A stretch of DNA of 64,000 nucleotides from an uncultured Porphyromonadaceae bacterium (GTDB taxonomy: Bacteria; Bacteroidota; Bacteroidia; Bacteroidales; Muribaculaceae), in the NCBI GenBank assembly GCA_946414395.1, contig CAMKOE010000005.1, positions 14,712 through 78,711 of the forward strand. The letters are read 5' to 3'. Both the position numbers and the translations under genes were made by a program. Positions 19,939 through 28,248 of the stretch are shown here, piece after piece (positions within the stretch are counted from its first letter, which is position 1; every line of letters starts with the position of its first letter). The notes beneath the pieces were generated by a model. That model ran no database searches and was not told the origin of the DNA. It saw only the letters and a program-made list of their open reading frames with translations.

Positions 19939-20138
19939 GTACATTCGTACGGAACGAGGCCAATTTTTGGTTTAACTAATTGTGCGCTAGTACATTAGTG
20001 CCCGTACAAATTCCGCACTTTTTAAGGGCGCCGTACAGATGTACTGTACGTACAACAGCGCACTTTTTGAAAGGTCAAATTTGTACGGTGTTAACTTGCT
20101 GATTTTCGGCAACTTTCGGGGTGCCCGTACGAATGTAC
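19939..20138. repeat. Nested inverted repeats / GTAC iterons, putative replication origin
   Basis: 14-bp IR 19939-19952/20125-20138, 11-bp IR 20002-20012/20078-20088, 11 GTAC copies in 200 bp, AT-rich flanks. Confidence 0.7.
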
Positions 20139-20348
20139 TAGAAATTTCCTCTTTAAAATGACTCTAAGAAATAAAAAAATATATAAAATGGTAAATCGCC
20201 AACATTCAGCCACTTGTCAAAAATCGAGATGCGGTTATCGTGGACAAATCCCCCGCACCCCCTCCCTTATTGGCCATTTTGGACGGCTGCACAGCCGTAC
20301 TCTGCTTGTCAGATAAAGAGGGGGACCGGGGGATGCAGCGCGAAATGA

Positions 20349-20378
20349 GGCGGCGATCGTCTCCCGACGACCGCCGCC
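20349..20378 (-). terminator. GGGA-tetraloop hairpin ending the small-gene operon
   Basis: GGCGGCG..TCGTC-GGGA-GACGA..CGCCGCC on the minus strand. Confidence 0.55.
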
Positions 20379-20406
20379 ACCTGCCAAAAAAATGTGTGAT
20401 AAGTTA

Positions 20407-20666
20407 CTATCGCCTTGGTGTCATCGCCCAACCATGGCGTCCGTCTGCCCTGAACAAGATGCTGAAGCCAGCCTCAGCCATCATCAGCGCGACGTCACCG
20501 GTTGTCGCGTCAACCATGTCGCTCAGTTCCGCCACGATATCCTCCGTGGACTTTAGTATTATAACTTGCTCTGCGTCAGTACTTTGGTGGGGGGGGTAGG
20601 TGCAGGCCTCCAGTTATTGAGATAGGCCCTTATGACCATCCCCACGACATTGATATTATTCTCCAT
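20407..20666 (-). pseudogene. Frameshifted small phage gene (86 aa if repaired)
   Basis: ATG 20666 coupled to the upstream gene; frame breaks at a G8 tract (20589-20596); G9 or G6 restores ..LKSTEDIVAELSDM..GF..GWAM to TAG 20407. Confidence 0.65.
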
Positions 20667-20922
20667 GCTCATCACCCCCTTTCCTGATGTTCTTATCCTC
20701 ATGTACGAGGAAGTCGCCGATAGCCTGGTACAGCTCACGCAGATCCTGCATGCTCTCCAGGCTGAGGCACTCTTCCCTGGTTGAGCGTTGGCCGCACGCT
20801 CTCATTTTGATTTCGGCGCCCGGCGTCGGGTTCTCGAAGTCGAGTGCAACGACCTTGCCGATGCTGACGGCTATGTTCTTGCACCCATATTCCCGTGTTA
20901 TGATTCTAAGTTCCGGTGTCAT
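20656..20922 (-). CDS. Phage hypothetical protein (88 aa)
   Basis: ATGA overlap with upstream gene, AAAGGAGG upstream. Confidence 0.7.
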   Translation of the reverse strand: MTPELRIITREYGCKNIAVSIGKVVALDFENPTPGAEIKMRACGQRSTREECLSLESMQDLRELYQAIGDFLVHEDKNIRKGGDEHGE

Positions 20923-21335
20923 GCCTCACCTCCTTTCTTCTTATCCCGGGCGACCTTCAGTTGACACAAACGGCAGTAGGATTGATAGCCCGAGCCCTTG
21001 GCGTTGAACATGCGCAGAGGCTTGTAGCAGTTGCAGCAGGAGCAGCGCTTCTTCTCGGGCTGGATTTCGTTCTGCACCATGCCGGTCATGCCCTGCTTGA
21101 TCGTGCATGCGCGGCCATCATCAGTAGTAAACTCGCCGTGGCCGTGGAAGGTACCCAGGTATTGCCATTCGCCTGAGATGGCCAGGCCAAGTTGTTTACC
21201 AGGCACAAACATGCACACGTTGATGTCGCCATGCTTGGTAGCCGTAGCATCACCATACTTGAGTGCGTCTTCACGGGTGCACTCCATCGAGTGAATCTCC
21301 TTGAGGTTCACGTAGAACTTGAACTTGCCTGTCAT
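20919..21335 (-). CDS. Phage protein with C-terminal zinc finger (138 aa)
   Basis: KRCSCC...KPL..F....SYCRLC motif. Confidence 0.7.
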   Translation of the reverse strand: MTGKFKFYVNLKEIHSMECTREDALKYGDATATKHGDINVCMFVPGKQLGLAISGEWQYLGTFHGHGEFTTDDGRACTIKQGMTGMVQNEIQPEKKRCSCCNCYKPLRMFNAKGSGYQSYCRLCQLKVARDKKKGGEA

Positions 21336-21898
21336 ACCTCAGCACCTCCTTCCTGGTTCTCGCGCTGCTGGCGGGCGGCGGCACGGTTGTCGTCCACCTG
21401 CTTGATGTAGTTGTCGCGCAGATCCTCGATGAGTTTGTTGTAGTGGGCACAGATGGCCTTGCGCTCGTCGGCGGTGGTCTGTGCACGGTCGTTGTAGCGG
21501 CCTTCGGCATCGCACAGGGCAGACAGTTCCCGGCGCGAGGTGCTGATGAGTTGCGCCTTCAGGTCGTTGATGCGCGTGGTGAAGTCGTCAAGGTCGCCCA
21601 TGCCCTCGGTCGGGGCATCGAGGTGCAAGGCGTGGCGCAGGTCGGCGCGCTGGTCCTTCAGCCGCTCGATCTGCGTCTTGAGGTTGAGGCGCTGCAGGGC
21701 GTACTGCTCCTTGATGGTCGCGCGCTCCATCTGGTAGGCATTCTTGATGATGCGGTAGCGCTCGTCCACGCCATGCAGAGCTTCGGCCTTCTGGTGAGCG
21801 ATGTGCTGGCGGGCACGGGAATACTCGGCCTCGGTGCGCTGGTTGCGCACGGCTGCAGGGCTGGTCCAGTCGTTTTGTTGATTGTTGCCGGTGTTCAT
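21332..21898 (-). CDS. Coiled-coil phage protein (188 aa)
   Basis: Start MNTGNN overlaps the upstream stop; heptad-rich sequence. Confidence 0.65.
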   Translation of the reverse strand: MNTGNNQQNDWTSPAAVRNQRTEAEYSRARQHIAHQKAEALHGVDERYRIIKNAYQMERATIKEQYALQRLNLKTQIERLKDQRADLRHALHLDAPTEGMGDLDDFTTRINDLKAQLISTSRRELSALCDAEGRYNDRAQTTADERKAICAHYNKLIEDLRDNYIKQVDDNRAAARQQRENQEGGAEV

Positions 21899-22149
21899 CA
21901 CTTCACACCTCCTTTCTTGATGTCGATGGTCAATGTGACGGCCAGGTGCAGCACCCAGGCCAGGACTGCCATGGCGGTCATGGCGGTGTGCTGCCCGCTG
22001 ATGAGCCAGCAGAACAGGCAGACCAGAGCCATAGTGGCCAGCAGGATATTGATTCTTGTGGTAAATAACTTCAGCACGACATGACCCGCTGCTGTGGCCA
22101 GCGCCTCGATGGGCGCACTCTCTCGGTTGATTTGATACGTTGTGTTCAT
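21898..22149 (-). CDS. Two-TM small protein, first gene after the antisense leader (83 aa)
   Basis: ATG 22149 directly after the leader repeat; two hydrophobic helices. Confidence 0.65.
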   Translation of the reverse strand: MNTTYQINRESAPIEALATAAGHVVLKLFTTRINILLATMALVCLFCWLISGQHTAMTAMAVLAWVLHLAVTLTIDIKKGGVK

Positions 22150-22150
22150 A

Positions 22151-22372
22151 ACACTTGTTAGGTGTAAGCAATAGGCAGAATACAAAAACGGCTGCCTGTT
22201 CCGTTGCTTACACCCAACAAGTGTCATCTCCGAGGGAGCGCCATTTATTGAATCGGAAAGGCAGCCTTCTATCGGCTGATGCGGGCATAAAAAAAGCCCG
22301 ACTGATTTCGAGCGGATAACCGACGCTCAGGCGGCGATGACTAACATCGTTGAGTGTAAGCGCTGCAAAGTA
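22151..22372 (-). ncRNA. P4 CI / P1 C4-like antisense RNA leader
   Basis: TACTTTG promoter-like site near 22366-22372; central element 22204-22224 complementary to 22151-22171 and to 22347-22361; enclosing stem 22190-22203/22254-22266; hairpin CGGGCTTTTTTTATGCCCG. Confidence 0.7.
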
Positions 22373-22489
22373 AATTCTAAATTTTAGAATGGCCAAATTT
22401 TAAGCAAAAAAAATGCCGAAAAATGAATTATTTTCACTTTTCGGCATAAATAAGCAGGTTCAAACCCGCTTAGTTTCTTCGGGTTCTTA

Positions 22490-23422
22490 TCAGGGAGCAA
22501 GGATGTCAAAGATGGACTGATTCCATTGTGTGATGTCCTGGATTAAGTTCTGCTCTATAGATTGTGGCAAGTACTGCATAAGCCTGCATCGATCAAAGAG
22601 AATACCAGTGGAGTAACGCTGGAGTGTTTCCCAATTGTCGTAGAAAGATTCAGCAACAAAGAAAAGAGGAACGGGACTAAAGGTGAAAGGCGGAGAGATG
22701 TAGCCATCGACGAAGGCTTTGGGTATATTCTCGCTGATGGAACTGCGCCAATTCGTACCTGTTTTGCATTGTCCCATAGCGATGAAACGCCCCTTGCGAT
22801 TGTCGGCAAACGGAATAAAAGCGATGACGTCAACGTTACCGTCTTTTTCTTGCTTTGTGCTACCGTCGGGCCACCGGAATTGAGTACCAGGCTCTCCGAT
22901 CTGCTCTATTGCCTGTTCTACCTTATTTTTAAAATGATTCTCATCAGCCCCTGTACCAATGACGAATGCTTGCGCAGAATCTCCCCAATAATGCTGAATA
23001 ATGACAGCAGAGAGCCGTTCAAAGACGTCGGTAGCATTGATGCCGTCTTGAATTTTCATTTGGTTCATGTTGACACGTGTTGCAAGCAACAAGAAGGTAT
23101 AGACCTCCTTGACAGACCGGTCACAATTAGGGTTGATATCAAGTCCGAATCGCGAAGCCTGGAATGGGTAGTTGTTGGCTGAGTTGAGGAGCCGGTCGTC
23201 AATCTCACGAAGGACCTCTTCTACTTGCAAGAAGTGGGAGTCATCATCGCCATTTTCTTGATTGAGTTCATCGTCTCCAGAGATGCCAAGTGCAGACTGC
23301 AGAGACACAAGTGAATAGCCGTGTCCGTCTAATAAGGCTTTTATCTCGCAGAAATCAGCCATTTCGGACACACTTGGCTCCCCCTCAGGGACAAAGTTTT
23401 TGCTGTTGATTTTGAATCCCAT
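22490..23422 (-). CDS. Putative PD-(D/E)xK (Mrr-like) endonuclease
   Basis: FERL...KDGNVDVI...GQCK motif (E..D..QxK). Confidence 0.65.
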   Translation of the reverse strand: MGFKINSKNFVPEGEPSVSEMADFCEIKALLDGHGYSLVSLQSALGISGDDELNQENGDDDSHFLQVEEVLREIDDRLLNSANNYPFQASRFGLDINPNCDRSVKEVYTFLLLATRVNMNQMKIQDGINATDVFERLSAVIIQHYWGDSAQAFVIGTGADENHFKNKVEQAIEQIGEPGTQFRWPDGSTKQEKDGNVDVIAFIPFADNRKGRFIAMGQCKTGTNWRSSISENIPKAFVDGYISPPFTFSPVPLFFVAESFYDNWETLQRYSTGILFDRCRLMQYLPQSIEQNLIQDITQWNQSIFDILAP

Positions 23423-24555
23423 CAGTCTAACGATCTTTGTTTATACTCTTGTGCCGTTTCTTTTTTGGCCTCTCTGATTGCTTTGACTGATTTAAAAAGG
23501 GTATCAGCGAGATCGGCCAAGGTCAAGGCTGAGCGTGCGAGGTCATCGTTGCCATCGTAGAAGCTCAATTTGGCCTGAGCTTTTTCGATCGCGACTCTTG
23601 CGTCCATAATTGCGTTAGTGAGTATAACTAATCCATCAAGGCTATTATCATATGCGACACTAAAGTTGCCGGTAGCCAATAACATTGCTTTTGAATCGCT
23701 ATCGAGCAAGACCTGATTGAGGTTGCGTATGTCCGGGTTTTGGCTCTTAATGATTGGCCGAAGTCCTTGTTCCTTGCTACCGAAGAGCCACAACATGAGT
23801 TGTTCCAATTGTTGAAGGTGATCAAGGGGAACAGGATTCTCTATGGTTTTCGTGGCATCTATTCCCAGGAATTGCTGAAACCCCTCGTAACTGATGGCGG
23901 TGTAGAGGTGAGAGAAATAGAGACGGCTGTAGAATCGATCATCGCTTGAGAACGATGTTGCTTGCTCAGCTTGCTTAAGGACCATGAGCCCTTGATAGAG
24001 GCGAATGGTGGTTCTATTTGAGTCACCGATTTGGGTTGCGATATCCTCTAAAGGCACATCGTAAGTGTTATGAACTTGTGCAATGTATTCCGCTTTAGCG
24101 AGAGAGTCCCACTTGACGGCGCCATTGACATGCTTGAAACCGATGAGCCGCCATGCCATTTCACGAGTTTTCAATACCACGACAGGGAGTTCAGTGCGTA
24201 ATTGTTCGAGTATGGTTGGGGTGATTTTGTCCCTATAGGCTTTCATGCCGTCATTAGCGATGATCTCAGGATTGAGTATGGCTTTAATGGCGGCGAGCCT
24301 GCGGTTACCCTCGATAACGATGTATTTGTCACCTTCTTGAATAGCGTACATGGGTTCATTTTCAAAGAAACCATTTGCTAAGATAGACATAACGATTTCG
24401 TTTACGGCCATGTTGGCCCACAGGGCATTGATGATTTTGTTCTCATCGTCGAGCCCCTTAAATTCGATCATTCTGGGATTTTTCTCATCGAACAGCAGTT
24501 TGTCCGCTCCCACATATTTAATATATGATTTATTTGCTTTATCCTCTGTTCCCAT
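23422..24555 (-). CDS. ParB/Srx-like N-terminal domain protein (377 aa)
   Basis: DEKNPR...SILANGF..EP...YIVIEGNRRLAAIK. Confidence 0.8.
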   Translation of the reverse strand: MGTEDKANKSYIKYVGADKLLFDEKNPRMIEFKGLDDENKIINALWANMAVNEIVMSILANGFFENEPMYAIQEGDKYIVIEGNRRLAAIKAILNPEIIANDGMKAYRDKITPTILEQLRTELPVVVLKTREMAWRLIGFKHVNGAVKWDSLAKAEYIAQVHNTYDVPLEDIATQIGDSNRTTIRLYQGLMVLKQAEQATSFSSDDRFYSRLYFSHLYTAISYEGFQQFLGIDATKTIENPVPLDHLQQLEQLMLWLFGSKEQGLRPIIKSQNPDIRNLNQVLLDSDSKAMLLATGNFSVAYDNSLDGLVILTNAIMDARVAIEKAQAKLSFYDGNDDLARSALTLADLADTLFKSVKAIREAKKETAQEYKQRSLD

Positions 24556-24561
24556 AATTAT

Positions 24562-25416
24562 TTATAGATGTATCGAGTCCGGAATTATCAAATCATTGGA
24601 ATAAAACATTACCTCATTGCCTTTTCCGCTATTGTTTGCGCTATAGTTAAGCTGGAATCGAGTGCAGCGGAATCCCTTATACAGGCTACTAATGAAACCT
24701 TCATCATCATAAGATATCACCCACTGGAAATCGCTTGCCGCCGACAAGGCGTCTGCAATTTCTTTGTGGTCGTTATCACGATAATAATTGAGATAAAGGT
24801 TTTTCCCTTTGACATAATAAGGGGGGTCTAAGTAGAGGAAAACCTTATTGTCATGGATTTTCCAGTCATGGGTTTTCAGTAAATCAATCGCATCTAGGTT
24901 TGATAACGTGATTTTATCGCGATAAAGAGCAATTCTCTTGATTCGGCCAATAAGTTCAGTCTTATTAAACCGGGCATCAATTTTATATTGCCCATTTTGG
25001 TCTTGTCCGCCAATGACGCCGGCATTCAAGATCCCTGACCTATTGGTTCGATTCAGGAAAAAGGTTGAGAAGCCCAGATGCAACAAATCAGCGTCAGATT
25101 TATTTTTTTGCACCAGCTTTTGTTCTTGCCACGACTCAATTGTGATGGGGGTATTCTGAATCAAAGCGCAAAGGTCCTCAGACTGATATAAAACTGAATA
25201 CCAGAAGGCGTAAATAGACCTATCCTTGTCATTGATGAAAACTTGTTGCATCACACCATTACACAACAGTCCTAAAGCAACGGACGCTCCACCTGCGAAA
25301 GGCTCAACATATAATCCATTATCCAGGCCATTTTCAGAAATAATCTGGGTGATGTATCCCAAAAGTTTTGCTTTTCCTCCAGGATATCTTAATGGTGATA
25401 TGTAGCGATCTTTCAT
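24562..25416 (-). CDS. Dam/D12-class N6-adenine DNA methyltransferase
   Basis: SPLRYPGGK, YVEPFAGGASV (motif I), YLDPPYY (motif IV). Confidence 0.93.
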   Translation of the reverse strand: MKDRYISPLRYPGGKAKLLGYITQIISENGLDNGLYVEPFAGGASVALGLLCNGVMQQVFINDKDRSIYAFWYSVLYQSEDLCALIQNTPITIESWQEQKLVQKNKSDADLLHLGFSTFFLNRTNRSGILNAGVIGGQDQNGQYKIDARFNKTELIGRIKRIALYRDKITLSNLDAIDLLKTHDWKIHDNKVFLYLDPPYYVKGKNLYLNYYRDNDHKEIADALSAASDFQWVISYDDEGFISSLYKGFRCTRFQLNYSANNSGKGNEVMFYSNDLIIPDSIHL

Positions 25417-25628
25417 GTTTCGGTTTCCCCGTCAATCTATCATGAGTAGATGTTTTGCCATGCAAAGATAATGCCATCATTCTAAATATTAAAATAACTA
25501 CTGTCAAAATTACTGAAATAGAGTAAAATTACACCGAGATAGTATCTTTAGAGTGACACTAAAAAAGCCGCCCGAGGGCGGCTAGTTACCTGCAGGAAAG
25601 CAGGGCGGAACTCTTTAATGTGTTGTTT

Positions 25629-26042
25629 CTACATTACTGACATCAAGGAACGGCCGATTTTGTGCAGACCGTCCACGATGCGCTGGCGCTGGGGACCGCG
25701 GGGCTTCTTCGTGCCGTTGGCATAGTGGCTCAACTGGCGCTCGTTCACTCCGCTGGCGCGCGAGATGGCAGCCAGGGTGGCATACTGGCTGCAGATCTGG
25801 AGCAGGGCGGCGGTGTCCAGATCCCACTCGAACTCGTAGTCCCCCTTGGCAAGCCAGTCGGGAACCTCCTCGTCCTCATCTTCAAGCAGTCCCTCGACGT
25901 GGAAGCGCAGGGTCTCGGGAACTGCTTCCTGTAATTCTTCAAATGTCTTGGCGGTAAGCACCACGGCACCGGGGATAATATCATCCAGGGCGGCACCGAA
26001 GTTCTTATCGAACCAGGACACGTGTACAGCAATCTTTTTCAT
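25629..26042 (-). CDS. hicB: HicB-family antitoxin with C-terminal HTH
   Basis: IPGAVV.TAKTFEEL...L.FHVEG N-domain plus SRASGVNERQLSHY HTH; follows hicA. Confidence 0.85.
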   Translation of the reverse strand: MKKIAVHVSWFDKNFGAALDDIIPGAVVLTAKTFEELQEAVPETLRFHVEGLLEDEDEEVPDWLAKGDYEFEWDLDTAALLQICSQYATLAAISRASGVNERQLSHYANGTKKPRGPQRQRIVDGLHKIGRSLMSVM

Positions 26043-26134
26043 AACAAATCTTTAAAAGTTAATAATATAAAGGTTGAACTTTAATTGTGAGACTATTGAC
26101 AGTTAGATTGCCAGCATCCGGCAGGGTGGACTTA

Positions 26135-26338
26135 TCATTTCCACCCCGCCTGCTTCCAGATGCTGTTCAACAGTTCTTGGCCCAGTACATCGCTGAGTTT
26201 CCCTCGAACTGTAACACGACCTTTCTTGGTCGGATGCTTGAATTGACGGTGGTCTCCTGACGTCTGTCCGCCCTTGATCTGGTACCAACCATCTGCTTTA
26301 AGCATTTTAATGATTTGTCTAACTGTATATCGTCTCAT
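26135..26338 (-). CDS. hicA: HicA-family mRNase toxin
   Basis: L.ADGWY....GDHRQFKHPTKKGRVTV...SIWKQAG. Confidence 0.92.
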   Translation of the reverse strand: MRRYTVRQIIKMLKADGWYQIKGGQTSGDHRQFKHPTKKGRVTVRGKLSDVLGQELLNSIWKQAGWK

Positions 26339-26500
26339 AAAAATATTAATATTTATTTTGACGATGCAAAGGTAGTAAAAGTAATACTATTTACCAAATA
26401 TTTCGACAACTTTTTCTAAAAAAACGCGTCCCGTGGCGCTGATGAGCGGCACGGGACGCAGCAGGGAGCGGATGATTGAAGCAATTAGAAATGTCTTTCT

Positions 26501-26758
26501 CTAAATCGTGTCGGCGGCGGCACGGATGCGGTCGGACAGGTCATAGAGCGCAGCCTGCAGCTGCTTCGCCTCCTCGGGCGAGAACTCGTCCTTGCCGCCG
26601 TTGCCGTTGATGCCGTCCATCTTGTGATACAGCCAGGAACTCGACTTGCCGAAGTATCGGCGCGCGATGTCCCTCCATGTGATAGACAACAGGATGTCAC
26701 TTAATCTCATCTTCATAGTTGTCTGGCCATTGCTAGTTTCTGTCTTCATAATGCTCAT
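26501..26758 (-). CDS. DUF5053-like HTH protein
   Basis: ITWRDIARRYFGKSSSWLYHKMDG..GNGG...FS.EE..QL..AL.DLSDRIRAAAD. Confidence 0.8.
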   Translation of the reverse strand: MSIMKTETSNGQTTMKMRLSDILLSITWRDIARRYFGKSSSWLYHKMDGINGNGGKDEFSPEEAKQLQAALYDLSDRIRAAADTI

Positions 26759-26850
26759 AGAATCGGTTAGTTAATAATAAATTGTGTTGGTTGGCCATTA
26801 TAAAAAAGACCTTTTAAAGACCCCCACCGCTCGTGGCAGGGGTCGGATGA

Positions 26851-27003
26851 TTACTCATCCACTGGAGGCATTTCGACTAATTTGTCGAACAGCTGTTCAG
26901 CGTACCAGAGCAGGTTTTCATATCCATCTGGATATGCTCGCCTGAGATTCCTAATTGCTTCTATCAGCTCGAGCTCCTCAGCATTTAAAAGAACTTTTGT
27001 CAT
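26851..27003 (-). CDS. 50-aa protein upstream of DUF5053 (not in ORF track)
   Basis: MTKVLLNAEELELIEAIRNLRRAYPDGYENLLWYAEQLFDKLVEMPPVDE; lies between a TACCTTTG promoter (27031-27038) and DUF5053. Confidence 0.7.
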   Translation of the reverse strand: MTKVLLNAEELELIEAIRNLRRAYPDGYENLLWYAEQLFDKLVEMPPVDE

Positions 27004-27036
27004 AGATCATTTAATTGATTTTTGACACTGCAAAGG

Positions 27037-27085
27037 TAATACGATTTTTCGTATTACGTAAATATTTGTACGATTTTTCGTATTA
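27037..27085. promoter_or_regulatory. Paired palindromic operators over the promoter
   Basis: TACGATTTTTCGTATTA at 27040-27056 and 27069-27085. Confidence 0.7.
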
Positions 27086-27244
27086 ATTATCGTTAAAAAA
27101 TCCCGTAGGAGGGCATTCCCACGGGAAAAGTCAGCCTGCGAGCAGGCCTTAGTTCTTTTAAACGCACTGCAAAGTTGGGGAAGATATTGTAAATGTACAA
27201 CATGTTTTGACGGAAAAATGTCAAAACATGCTGTAAAACATATT

Positions 27245-27703
27245 TTAAGTTGTCACTACCTTTGCTATTGACGCAAGTTTACTTGCGAAAGCCAGAAACT
27301 CAATCCTAGTGTTCGAAGTTCGCGCGTCAACAATAGTGTTATTCAAACAGAAATAAATCGAAGCGTGAACATTGTTTTTGTGCTTTGATGAGACAATAAC
27401 GCCAGTTTGATTAGTAGATTGAATCTTGATATCCCTGATGTCTTGGGTCAGCAGTTCCGCAGTGCCGCAAAAAACGTCAGATTTCTCACGGGGATTATTA
27501 GCAATACCCGCCAGTTTCTCTTCATATCCCTCAACCGCCTTCCTCAACACTGAAATATCTTTTTCTGGACCTTTTCCCAAGTTATGTAGATGAAAAGCAG
27601 CGGGCGACAAGGAGCCGTCTTCTTCAAAAAACGAGGGAGTGAACAGAGCCCTAGTGACAACCTCGTCTCCACTCAGATGGTAGTTGCTGTCTTTCCCGGA
27701 CAT
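27245..27703 (-). CDS. Putative ADP-ribosyltransferase-fold toxin (152 aa)
   Basis: DE.V.R...G.LSPAAF...ISV.R...G.AEL...IR...HASI pattern reminiscent of RES/Tse2-like ART folds; recognised by eye only. Confidence 0.45.
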   Translation of the reverse strand: MSGKDSNYHLSGDEVVTRALFTPSFFEEDGSLSPAAFHLHNLGKGPEKDISVLRKAVEGYEEKLAGIANNPREKSDVFCGTAELLTQDIRDIKIQSTNQTGVIVSSKHKNNVHASIYFCLNNTIVDARTSNTRIEFLAFASKLASIAKVVTT

Positions 27704-28245
27704 CAGTTAGCAATATCTCTCATTAAACTCACAACGACTCTTGCGTCAAAAGAGCAGTTTTCCTGACCACTCAACTGACCTTTTTCCTCAAGAAAATAGG
27801 TAAATAGTTCATCACCAATAAGGAATCCAGCCATTTTATCTTTACCCTTATAGTTGATATAGATGTCACCATTCACAGAAGGCGTTATCTGCCATTTGGA
27901 AAAGTCCCAATTAAACATAGCTTTTCCGATAGCCCTGATGTTATTGATTGCCATCACACTAATAGGCATTGCTCCATAACCATCCCAATTTTCTTTGAGC
28001 TGCGAGATCTTATTGAGTATCGATTCAATCTTTTTCAAACTAACATAAGTATCTGATATATTTCCATCTACTGTTCTCTGAGAGTAGAATGTATCGTAAT
28101 AGCCACTTCTCAAACGATAATCAACCCATTCTCTTTGATGCACATGAAATTGCAGATTATTAGAATGAATGCCTGAGAAATCAAAACCACGTCCATTACA
28201 GGCTCCAAGAGACGTAGCGGCTAATGCAAGTCCTTCCAATACCAT
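27703..28245 (-). CDS. Hypothetical protein with NWDGYGA.PI motif (180 aa)
   Basis: LKENWDGYGAMPIS; coupled to both neighbours. Confidence 0.6.
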   Translation of the reverse strand: MVLEGLALAATSLGACNGRGFDFSGIHSNNLQFHVHQREWVDYRLRSGYYDTFYSQRTVDGNISDTYVSLKKIESILNKISQLKENWDGYGAMPISVMAINNIRAIGKAMFNWDFSKWQITPSVNGDIYINYKGKDKMAGFLIGDELFTYFLEEKGQLSGQENCSFDARVVVSLMRDIAN

Positions 28246-28248
28246 AAC

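Noticed and set aside
19939-20138. Repeats considered as a CRISPR or guide array
   Set aside because: Repeats are short, inverted and irregularly spaced with no repeat-spacer period; no cas-like gene in the window.
21332-22227. ORF-track starts at 22171 and 22227
   Set aside because: They run through the upstream gene or the RNA leader; starts at 21898 and 22149 fit the coupling and leader structure.
23422-24555. ParB as a plasmid-prophage partition protein
   Set aside because: No ParA partner, the element is integrated, and the gene is coupled between an MTase and a nuclease.
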